A model generated the notes under the pieces. The model was not told the DNA's origin and made no database searches. It saw only the letters and a program-made list of their open reading frames with translations. Made by a program: the position numbers and the translations under genes. This document shows, one piece after another, positions 1 to 6,754 of a stretch of 56,401 nt of DNA. Source of the DNA: a virus; the IMG/VR virus record IMGVR_UViG_3300005512_000043, positions 1 to 56,401 of that record; one strand, written 5' to 3'. Every line of letters begins with the position of its first letter. Within the stretch, counting starts at the first letter, position 1.

Positions 1-123
1 GCCCTCGGTTCGCTCTATCCTCGAGCACAGCGAGTTGCTTATCGTGCGCATTCGTCTTGCGATGCGCCTCGTTGAGCGATACCTCGAGGCGCCCAACGGT
101 TGTATTCAGGCTGGCTATCGCGC
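1..123. repeat. Terminal direct repeat, left copy (identical to 56279-56401)
   Basis: Bases 1-123 (gccctcggttcgctctatcc...ggctggctatcgcgc) recur exactly as the last 123 bases of the window. Identity is bounded by the window end. Unit genome length is 56278 bp. Confidence 0.95.
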
Positions 124-238
124 CGGCTACTCGATCGACGCTTCTGTTCACCTTACCGACGGCCCACGTGGCGCCGACGGTAATGGTGACTAGATTGACG
201 ACGAGTGCGATGACGGCAAGCATAATTGTTGCATCCAT
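1..238 (-). CDS. Small membrane-anchored coiled-coil protein, 5' part (ORF crosses the repeat junction)
   Basis: ATG at 238-236 shares one base with the TGA of the upstream gene (TGATG). It translates to MDATIMLAVIALVVNLVTITVGATWAVGKVNRSVDRVAGAIASLNTTVGRLEVSLNEAHRKTNAHDKQLAVLEDRANRG.., one N-terminal hydrophobic helix followed by a helical segment. There is no stop before base 1. On a circular map it continues in frame to TAG at 56231-56229 (about 96 aa). Not listed in the ORF track. Confidence 0.55.
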   Translation of the reverse strand, partial: MDATIMLAVIALVVNLVTITVGATWAVGKVNRSVDRVAGAIASLNTTVGRLEVSLNEAHRKTNAHDKQLAVLEDRANRG

Positions 239-1224
239 CAGCTCGCTGCTCCCGAGTTCGAGGATGATCGCACGACGAAGTCACCGTGCACGAGCACGTA
301 CTCCTCATTCTCAGTGGTAACATCCCACAAGCGCCAGAGGAACTTCCCGCTCCCCCAGTCGGCGTCGATCATCGGATTCGCTATCTCATTACCGCTCCCG
401 GTAATGCTGATGTCGGCATCCTCGACGGTGTCCTTGCGAGTCCCACCCTCGCCTTCTACGATGAAGCGAAGCGTTAAACTGCTCAGGTCTACGGCAACGT
501 CGTCCTCGTCTGTCACCTCGATTGGCTTCGTGCGAGCCTCGTGTTCAAACATCTCGAGGCGCGTCCCGCTGCCGACCTGTTGACCCGGAACAGTACCCGC
601 CACGAGTGGCCCAGCGACCACCTGCAGCCCAGATGCCACAGCTTCTGCGACGGCTTCTGTCGAGTCGGCCGCAGGGTCGAACGTCCCGCCGACGTCGCTC
701 GGCGTAGCAGCTGCCTTGCTGAGCAGCGCCTTGAAGAGGCCGAGCACGGTATTATCACCGGAGCCGGTAATCGCCCCCATGACGGCGATCAACGCGTCGA
801 GGTCCGTCTGATTGTCCGCGACATCGCTCAGCAGATCGGTCACGTCAGACACCACGTCGTCCACGTTCGTGTCAATGCCGTCTACGATGCCGTCTACGAT
901 GCCGATGTCCGTGATCGCGTCGTCGATGTCGCCGTCGGTCATACGGAACATCACGAAGCTATCTGCGCCGTTCGTCGAGGTGAGCTTGATGAGCACATAG
1001 TCGTGGTTCATCTCACCCGCGGTGAGGTCGATCTCGTACACGCCCGTGCTGCCGATCTGCGTAAACGTATCCGTAATCGCCAGGCTCGTCCAGCTGCCGT
1101 CCGCGTCCTTGTAGTACGCGGTGTCAGCCACCGTCTCACCTGCTTTGAAGCTCGCGGGCGACGCACTGTCCACCATCGGCATCGCAAGGTAGAACGCGGT
1201 GTTTTTCTTGTGCGGGATAATCAT
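238..1224 (-). CDS. Hypothetical protein, possibly virion or tail-fibre associated
   Basis: 328-aa ORF with ATGA overlap to the upstream gene at 1221-1224. It has an acidic central linker (DGIVDGIVDGID) produced by a 12-bp tandem duplication at 877-900. No domain recognised by eye. Confidence 0.65.
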   Translation of the reverse strand: MIIPHKKNTAFYLAMPMVDSASPASFKAGETVADTAYYKDADGSWTSLAITDTFTQIGSTGVYEIDLTAGEMNHDYVLIKLTSTNGADSFVMFRMTDGDIDDAITDIGIVDGIVDGIDTNVDDVVSDVTDLLSDVADNQTDLDALIAVMGAITGSGDNTVLGLFKALLSKAAATPSDVGGTFDPAADSTEAVAEAVASGLQVVAGPLVAGTVPGQQVGSGTRLEMFEHEARTKPIEVTDEDDVAVDLSSLTLRFIVEGEGGTRKDTVEDADISITGSGNEIANPMIDADWGSGKFLWRLWDVTTENEEYVLVHGDFVVRSSSNSGAAS

Positions 1225-2366
1225 GCTGCACCTCTCATAGTGCCGCGACCGACACCGCGCACCGCGCGTTCGTAGTCAAGAATTGTTTCAGTCACTGCGG
1301 TGTAGGTCAGTTTTGGCTCGCGATTGGTCACGCCGGGCATCACCATACGAGTGTTTGAGGCATTCACAAACAGGTTCCAATACTCAGTGGCTTCCATAAA
1401 TACGAACGGCATCCACTGCGATTGCCATCGTGCATCGGGCACTGTAATCGTGCCAAAATCGCCGCCGATTGCAGTAAACACGCCAAGGTCACCGTCAGTG
1501 CCGAGTGCATCAAACGCCGATCGGTAGTTGCCGCCCGTGTAGGTCGAGACAGGGTATTGCAGCACCTTATCGTCGACTCCGGGGTTTGGCTTTGATGTCA
1601 GGCACGCAACACTAGAAATATCTCCGCTCGCTCCGCTGTGATACTGGCACGTTAACAGAATATCGGTGGCCGCTGCTGTTGCACCTACGTCGAAAAAGCA
1701 GCACGGACGGTAGAAGACGAATGGATTGCTCGCCCCCGTCCGAGTCTCAAAGCTGCTGGTTAGGACAGTCGCCCCGCTGTTGGCTTCCCGCGATGTTGTC
1801 CATGTAGCCGTTGAGACACGGTAGGTGCCCCAATCGTTTGTTACATCGTCAAGTAATGACGTCGGGTCAAGGTCGATCTCGCCTGTGCCGTCCGTCCGGG
1901 CCGCTGCCTTGGCTGCTCGAATGTCAAGGGCGTGCTTGCCGTTGCTGGTCTCTCGCAGTCCCATCGCTCGTAGGTCGCTGAGGCACAATCCAATACGTAC
2001 ACCGTCGATCACCGCCAGCAGAATGTCACCGTTCGACAGCCGCGTGGCTTGTGGGTGTGCGGTGACTTGGAACTCTAGATCATCGACACCATCGAGTTCG
2101 GCGACGTCGAGCACCTGCCCGAAGTGCCGGCCGACGGCGTGCCGCTTGGTGGCTCGGTCGAGTACGTTAGCGGTCTTTGTCGTGGCCTGCCATGCGGCCC
2201 ACAGCTTACTGCCAACCGGCTGAACGTGAAAACGATGCCCGGTAACTGTCGTGAACAGATCAATGGCTTCCCACGAACGGCCGTCGGGTCGCACCCATCG
2301 CGGGGCGACGGTCACCTCGACGCGGTTGTCGTCTCTCGCACGTGTTGTGGACTCAGGTTTAAACAT
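1221..2366 (-). CDS. Hypothetical protein (381 aa), possibly structural
   Basis: The track ORF starts at a TTG (2372). The ATG at 2366-2364 overlaps the upstream stop by 8 nt (ATGTTTAA). No domain recognised. Confidence 0.65.
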   Translation of the reverse strand: MFKPESTTRARDDNRVEVTVAPRWVRPDGRSWEAIDLFTTVTGHRFHVQPVGSKLWAAWQATTKTANVLDRATKRHAVGRHFGQVLDVAELDGVDDLEFQVTAHPQATRLSNGDILLAVIDGVRIGLCLSDLRAMGLRETSNGKHALDIRAAKAAARTDGTGEIDLDPTSLLDDVTNDWGTYRVSTATWTTSREANSGATVLTSSFETRTGASNPFVFYRPCCFFDVGATAAATDILLTCQYHSGASGDISSVACLTSKPNPGVDDKVLQYPVSTYTGGNYRSAFDALGTDGDLGVFTAIGGDFGTITVPDARWQSQWMPFVFMEATEYWNLFVNASNTRMVMPGVTNREPKLTYTAVTETILDYERAVRGVGRGTMRGAA

Positions 2367-2865
2367 GATCAATGATCAAACGCAGGTTTTCCCATTGACC
2401 TGTTTGTGTGTCGGGATACACGGGCGGCACATTGAAGCAATCAAGGATGTCGCAAATGCTGAACCAGACGACCGGCACGCCTTCCCATAGGTGCATCGGC
2501 ACGTTGCAGATTGGCATCGCTCCAATGTCGTGGCCCGGTCCACGGAGCTGTGCCCACCCTTCGGGTTTGGTGATATTCGGGCAACGGCGGAGAAGGCGCA
2601 CGACAGAGGTCGCACGGTTGACGATCGGTGTGCCCGCGAGTTGCACCTTTCTGACGCCCACGATCGATGGTAACTGGAATCGTACGCCGACACGTTCACC
2701 GCTGAACCCGTGATCGGGACCCACGTCTTCCCACGCGGATGTGGTCGCTTCGTCCAACGGCAGCGGAGAAAGTTGGGTCGCGGTTCGGCCCTTAACCACT
2801 TTGCTCCAGGTGGAGGCTCCGCGCTGCAATGTTCCACGAAACGAGCAGGGTATGATAGTTTTCAT
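2359..2865 (-). CDS. Hypothetical protein (168 aa)
   Basis: ATG at 2865-2863. The alternative frame 2376-2837 gives an Arg/Ser/Cys-rich product and was judged a shadow. This is the first gene after the putative terminator at 2903-2929. Confidence 0.55.
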   Translation of the reverse strand: MKTIIPCSFRGTLQRGASTWSKVVKGRTATQLSPLPLDEATTSAWEDVGPDHGFSGERVGVRFQLPSIVGVRKVQLAGTPIVNRATSVVRLLRRCPNITKPEGWAQLRGPGHDIGAMPICNVPMHLWEGVPVVWFSICDILDCFNVPPVYPDTQTGQWENLRLIIDHV

Positions 2866-2902
2866 AAGAAGGCTTGAGTTGAGGGTAGATTTGCTTCACG
2901 AT

Positions 2903-2929
2903 AAAACGGCCCGCCGCCATCGAGCGGCG
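2903..2929 (-). terminator. Candidate intrinsic terminator after the lipoprotein gene
   Basis: Minus strand reads CGCCGC-UCGAUG-GCGGCG followed by GGCCGUUUUAUC. It is a 6-bp GC stem with a short U tract displaced by 5 nt, lying 10 nt past the stop at 2939. Confidence 0.4.
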
Positions 2930-2938
2930 AACCATTGG

Positions 2939-3445
2939 TTACTTCGTGACCTCTTCGACGAAGCGCTTGCCGTCGTCGGTCATAGCGGAGGCAAGCTCAC
3001 ACTTCTTGGTCGGGTCCAGAGCTCCAGTCTTCTCGATGGCCCTGACGATTTCACGTCCAGCCGCAGTAGATCGTCTATACTTCCAGGTGCCGAGCGCCCC
3101 GAGAACGGTAGTGCCGAGCAACACGATGCTATTCCACGGAGGTGGCAAGACGGCGGCTATCCCAGCCCCGGTCTCCTGTATAGCGGGACCCGGGTCTTCG
3201 CCCGACGCGGCCACTTCCGCGACCTTCGAGACGCCCACGGCGATCGGCTGCGCTTTCGCCAGCATCTCCTCGACGGAAACCTTAATGTCGGACTCGTCCG
3301 GCAGCGCCGCGATCGTCGCACGCAGCGCTTCCATTTCGGCCTGAACGTCTCGGGCGACGCCGACGAGCTGGTCGTCCTGCTGCAGCGTCTCGCAGCCTAC
3401 GAGCGGCATGATCAGAATCACACATAGAATGAGAAAGCGTTTCAT
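2939..3445 (-). CDS. Lipoprotein with an additional C-proximal transmembrane helix (candidate unimolecular spanin or exclusion protein)
   Basis: MKRFLILCVILIMPLVGCETLQ carries a signal peptide and lipobox (LVGC). A second hydrophobic helix, WNSIVLLGTTVLGALGTW, lies about 45 aa from the C-terminus. SD GGGAG sits 6 nt upstream of the ATG. Confidence 0.75.
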   Translation of the reverse strand: MKRFLILCVILIMPLVGCETLQQDDQLVGVARDVQAEMEALRATIAALPDESDIKVSVEEMLAKAQPIAVGVSKVAEVAASGEDPGPAIQETGAGIAAVLPPPWNSIVLLGTTVLGALGTWKYRRSTAAGREIVRAIEKTGALDPTKKCELASAMTDDGKRFVEEVTK

Positions 3446-3528
3446 CGGATGACTCCCTATAAAGCCACAGCCGCGAGCTACGAGCTCCGCGACCGTGGCC
3501 GGAGGAGAAAGAGAACGTGCTCAACAGA

Positions 3529-3557
3529 ATTGTACCAGAGAGGTGACGCGGGGTCCA
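3529..3557 (-). promoter_or_regulatory. Sigma70-type promoter candidate (TGGACC-N17-TGgTACAAT)
   Basis: Minus strand reads TGGACC (3557-3552), a 17-nt spacer, then TACAAT (3534-3529) preceded by TGG (extended -10). It lies in the 120-bp gap upstream of the lipoprotein gene. Confidence 0.55.
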
Positions 3558-3565
3558 CCGAAAGA

Positions 3566-3823
3566 TCACTGTTTTGTGAATGTAACGGCTTGTTCTCCGG
3601 GCGACATCTCTAGCTCGAGGGCTCCCATGAGTCGACACAGGACGGCGTACGACACGGTCGTCTCGCGGTGCGACTCGATCTTGCACATGTAGCTCTTGCT
3701 GATGCGCGCTCTGCGTGCGACCTCGCTCGCCGTTACGTCTAGGTCGCTTCGACGAGCGACGACCTCCGTGCCACGAACGACCCACTTCGTAATCTCGTAC
3801 GGATAGGCGATTATCCCTGCCAT
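3566..3823 (-). CDS. XRE-family helix-turn-helix transcriptional regulator (85 aa)
   Basis: DLDVTASEVARRARISKSYMCKIESHRETTVSYAVLCRLMGAL has the classic XRE/Cro HTH pattern. Start moved to the ATG at 3823, which has GAGGAG 7 nt upstream. The track start at 3874 lies inside the upstream gene. Confidence 0.8.
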   Translation of the reverse strand: MAGIIAYPYEITKWVVRGTEVVARRSDLDVTASEVARRARISKSYMCKIESHRETTVSYAVLCRLMGALELEMSPGEQAVTFTKQ

Positions 3824-4152
3824 AAGACACTCCTCAGCTCGCCCATCGCACACGAGCGACAGACGGCGATCCACGGTCCACGGGTTCTCTTCATGACCTC
3901 GGGAAAGTCAACGAGCAGCATGCGACGAGCGACGACCCACTGGCGACTCTTTGTGCGTATGCGTCTACACACGGGGCAGCGTCTGTCGGGAACGAGGGCG
4001 TCGAGCTGGGCCTCTCTGTTCTTCACGCGACGAGCCTTCGCATACTGGCGTCGCTCGTCGGCGTCCCACCATTCGCATTTCAGTTCGCATGGGCGCAAAT
4101 GGTTTTCTTGCGACGAGCCATCTTCACTTGAGATTCTCTTAGTTTTGCTCAT
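3811..4152 (-). CDS. Hypothetical zinc-ribbon-like protein (113 aa)
   Basis: Contains a CPVC...CRSC cysteine pair and is Arg-rich. Its start codon lies inside the left inner arm of the palindrome, and its N-terminal coding region contains the left outer arm. Confidence 0.65.
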   Translation of the reverse strand: MSKTKRISSEDGSSQENHLRPCELKCEWWDADERRQYAKARRVKNREAQLDALVPDRRCPVCRRIRTKSRQWVVARRMLLVDFPEVMKRTRGPWIAVCRSCAMGELRSVLWQG

Positions 4153-4485
4153 GATTCAGTTCGCATAAGCGTCGATGCTAGACCACCGATCCGCTTGGTC
4201 CTCAGAAGCCGATGCACATGCACCGATAGGTAGTAGTATAGATGTATGCATAAGTAAAACTCCTTGATTAACTTATATCCTAACCAGTAGGCTACCCGGA
4301 CTTTCCCGGCAGATTCCGCGATAGTAGAAGTATCTAGTGGTGCACGTGCATCCAGTTCTATAGACTAGACCCGGTCGATGACCAACATCGACGCTTATGC
4401 GAACTGAACGGCGAGCAAAACTGCGGGCTATTTAAGCTCAGTCTTGTCAATCTCGCGACTCCCATTTACGCGCATGCGAACTGAA
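4079..4485. repeat. Nested inverted repeats around an AT-rich core (candidate origin or operator region)
   Basis: Outer arms are 4079-4102 (ttcagttcgcatgggcgcaaatgg) and 4462-4485 (reverse complement, 2 mismatches). Inner arms are 4142-4177 and 4386-4421: a 23-bp perfect match (ttcagttcgcataagcgtcgatg), a 4-nt mismatch, then 9 bp (gttttgctc). The 12-mer TTCAGTTCGCAT occurs four times (4079, 4155, and reverse complement at 4397 and 4474), symmetric about position ~4282. The core 4178-4385 is visibly AT-richer than the rest of the genome. Confidence 0.9.
4156..4251 (-). CDS. Possible 31-aa small ORF inside the AT-rich core
   Basis: AAGGAG (4265-4260), an 8-nt spacer, ATG (4251-4249), giving MHTSILLPIGACASASEDQADRWSSIDAYAN and a TGA at 4158-4156, 3 nt before the next ATG. 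The SD is strong, but the ORF is very short and not otherwise supported. Confidence 0.3.
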   Translation of the reverse strand: MHTSILLPIGACASASEDQADRWSSIDAYAN

Positions 4486-4866
4486 TCCATGCTCGATCAT
4501 TCGCCTGACGGCCTGCTGGATGCAGAGCCTCAAGTGCTTGCCGTCTTGCACGAAGTCCCAGAGCAGCCTCTGGTACTGCTTGTTGCGATAGTCCCACACC
4601 TCGAAGCTCGTCTTACTCCCGAGGTCTCTGAGTATCAGCACCGGTACGCCGGCCTTCAGGGCGCGCTCGTGCCACACCTTCTGTATCTCCCTGAGCTTCC
4701 CCTTGCCTCGCTTTGCCTCGATCCATAGCCCGGGGATGCCCGGTCCGACGACGTACCTGTCCGGGAAGCCGGCGGGTTGCATCTTACCCGCCACGAGTGG
4801 GTACACGTAGCACCCGACCTGCGTGAGCATCCTGCCCCACTCTCTCGTAAACTCATGCTCTGTCAT
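4447..4866 (-). CDS. VRR-NUC domain nuclease (PD-(D/E)XK fold)
   Basis: FPDRYVVGPGIPGLWIEAKRGKGKLREIQKVWHERALKAGVPVLILR matches the VRR-NUC D...E-x-K plus G-x-L-x3-Q-x2-W pattern. 139 aa. Confidence 0.75.
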   Translation of the reverse strand: MTEHEFTREWGRMLTQVGCYVYPLVAGKMQPAGFPDRYVVGPGIPGLWIEAKRGKGKLREIQKVWHERALKAGVPVLILRDLGSKTSFEVWDYRNKQYQRLLWDFVQDGKHLRLCIQQAVRRMIEHGFSSHARKWESRD

Positions 4867-5230
4867 AGAGATCTCCGATTCGCTTGAGTTCTCGGGCCCG
4901 GATCATCTTCTCGACGTCCGTCTCGATGAACTCACTCTCGGGCACGTAAACAGTCACTCGTATTTCACACCCGGCCTCCAGCACAGTCCGCTCGCAGTGA
5001 AAGCTCATCAGCTCCTCGCGTCGCGTGACCGTGATACCCTCCCGGGCGAGCTCCATGATCTTCTTGCCCTCAGGCGATAGGCCGCGCGTCCTTAGGCGGT
5101 CTACCTCCTGCGCCATCCTGTCGAGGTCACTCTGTGTTACTCGTCGCATCTCATCTGCTCCATACTCATCAATACCCGCGCGATATCGCCTTTCAGCCAC
5201 GCGGATACGAGCCATAACGTTGTCAGCCAT
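4853..5230 (-). CDS. Hypothetical protein (125 aa)
   Basis: Start moved to the ATG at 5230 (MADNVMARIRV...), which overlaps the upstream TGA by 8 nt. The upstream 81 codons of the track ORF overlap the preceding gene out of frame. Confidence 0.6.
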   Translation of the reverse strand: MADNVMARIRVAERRYRAGIDEYGADEMRRVTQSDLDRMAQEVDRLRTRGLSPEGKKIMELAREGITVTRREELMSFHCERTVLEAGCEIRVTVYVPESEFIETDVEKMIRARELKRIGDLYDRA

Positions 5231-5741
5231 CGCCAGGCCTCCAGAACTCGCACGTCTCGCAGTCTGGTTTCGTGCCGCCGTCAACGTGCATCGCCCAGCC
5301 GCAGCAGTAGCCAAGCGGCTCAGCCCGGAACGGGTACGTGCATCGCGGATTGGCGTTGCGGTACTTCTCGTAAGGGTTGGCGGCTTCACGGGTGGAGTAG
5401 AACGGGAAGTCGGACACATAGTTATGTCCACCCAACACACAGTGCCACGGTTTTGGATTAGGGTCTGGCCCAACTAATCCAGGTGCGGCGTTTGTCCATC
5501 CTCGCGGATCAATTTGCCACACAACGTCTACGCCCGGCACCACCGGCACCCCGTCCACCGTCCTGGGCAGCTTGTCCACGAGGGCCGTCAGCCGCTCGGA
5601 CATGACTGCAAGCTCCGCCTCAAGCTCGGCGATGCGATCCATCATGAAGTCAAAGCGACTCGCGACCCACTCAGGCTCTCGCCTGATCATGTCGCGTATG
5701 TTGCACTTCACATTATTGGAATCCATGTAGAGCCGTTCCAT
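5223..5741 (-). CDS. Hypothetical protein with a Cys-rich C-terminus (172 aa)
   Basis: ATG at 5741-5739 shares one base with the TGA of the upstream small ORF (TGATG); the GTG at 5744 is the alternative start. It has a coiled-coil N-terminus and C-terminal CTYPF...CCGW...CETC. Confidence 0.65.
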   Translation of the reverse strand: MERLYMDSNNVKCNIRDMIRREPEWVASRFDFMMDRIAELEAELAVMSERLTALVDKLPRTVDGVPVVPGVDVVWQIDPRGWTNAAPGLVGPDPNPKPWHCVLGGHNYVSDFPFYSTREAANPYEKYRNANPRCTYPFRAEPLGYCCGWAMHVDGGTKPDCETCEFWRPGDG

Positions 5742-5860
5742 CACTCACCTCGCCCGAAGTAGTCACGCATGATCTTGTCTATGTCGCGCTTCCACACCCA
5801 GTCGAGCAGGATGTATACGCCGAACAATGCGATCGCAATCCATTGGAGCACGTCGTTCAT
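5741..5860 (-). CDS. 39-aa small membrane protein
   Basis: MNDVLQWIAIALFGVYILLDWVWKRDIDKIMRDYFGRGE. Its ATG (5860-5858) overlaps the upstream TGA (ATGA), and its TGA (5743-5741) abuts the next start. It has a single hydrophobic helix and is too short for the ORF track. Confidence 0.55.
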   Translation of the reverse strand: MNDVLQWIAIALFGVYILLDWVWKRDIDKIMRDYFGRGE

Positions 5861-6057
5861 GCCTCACCGTCCTTTCTGTCCATCAATCGCTCTACCTTCA
5901 CAGCCCAATCGCCACGCACCGCGTCGTACCCGATATTACGCAGCGCGCGAAGTGCTCGGCGTAGCCCCGCTAGACCATGCACGACATGCGGCACACCGGG
6001 CTGCGGCGAGTAGCCATCGGTGCCAACATCCGCTGTCTCGATCGTGTAGCTTGCCAT
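5857..6057 (-). CDS. Hypothetical protein (66 aa)
   Basis: Start moved to the ATG at 6057 (MASYTIETADVG...), which shares one base with the upstream stop (TGATG). Confidence 0.55.
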   Translation of the reverse strand: MASYTIETADVGTDGYSPQPGVPHVVHGLAGLRRALRALRNIGYDAVRGDWAVKVERLMDRKDGEA

Positions 6058-6398
6058 CAGTTGGCCTCCATCACCGCGACGATGGCGCGGCAGAGGGCCA
6101 GGTTGAGGGTCGTCGCGGACACAGCAACAGCAGGCCCCGCTGTGATGATGTACCAACCACCTGCACATCGCAGGATGTTGACGATTGCGCAATGCTGCTC
6201 CAGCCACTTCACCATCTCGCCCACGAGCGAGTCGGCGCCCTCGTAGTCAGCAACACAGATTTCACCACCCGGCTTTAGCCAGGGCCGAATAAGGCTCCCT
6301 TGATGCCGCACGTTGTAGTTCAGTCGCTTCAGCCCCAGCGCCACCGCGACCCGTTCGGAGAGTGGGTCATGAGCATCGTTGAATGGGGTGTCAGCCAT
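6057..6398 (-). CDS. Hypothetical protein (113 aa)
   Basis: ORF track. TGATG coupling at both ends. Confidence 0.6.
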   Translation of the reverse strand: MADTPFNDAHDPLSERVAVALGLKRLNYNVRHQGSLIRPWLKPGGEICVADYEGADSLVGEMVKWLEQHCAIVNILRCAGGWYIITAGPAVAVSATTLNLALCRAIVAVMEAN

Positions 6399-6754
6399 CA
6401 GTTGTTCTCCAGGAACGCGCGGGCAACGGCCTCGGGGAAGGTTGTGCCGACGTACGACTTGATCTCATCACCGCCGTTGATCCACAGATCGCATCGGTAG
6501 CTCACCACGTCGCCGTTGTTACTGAAACTGTGCAAACTCGGTTGGTAGCCCGCCTTCACCAGCCGCCGCACCAGCTCCCCCATATTCGCCCAAGCTTCGT
6601 CGGTGTCGCCGGTGAAGTCTGAGCAATCATCCTGCGTCGCCCACGAACAATCATCACGCAGGCGTGCCCAGTACGATTGCATGAAGTGTGGTGGAGCCAC
6701 GTACTCCCACCCGCACGCCTTCGCGCACCGCTCGTTGACCTGGGCGTCAGTCAT
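6398..6754 (-). CDS. Hypothetical protein (118 aa)
   Basis: Start moved to the ATG at 6754 (MTDAQVNERCAKACGWEY...), with ATGA overlap to the upstream gene. The remaining 284 N-terminal codons of the 402-aa track ORF are an Arg-rich shadow of 6751-7950. Confidence 0.6.
   Translation of the reverse strand: MTDAQVNERCAKACGWEYVAPPHFMQSYWARLRDDCSWATQDDCSDFTGDTDEAWANMGELVRRLVKAGYQPSLHSFSNNGDVVSYRCDLWINGGDEIKSYVGTTFPEAVARAFLENN

Noticed and set aside
1-123. The terminal repeat as the ends of a transposable element or prophage att sites
   Set aside because: The repeats are direct copies at the exact ends of the window. The enclosed sequence is a complete, colinear phage gene set with no integrase or transposase, and an ORF reads across the junction.
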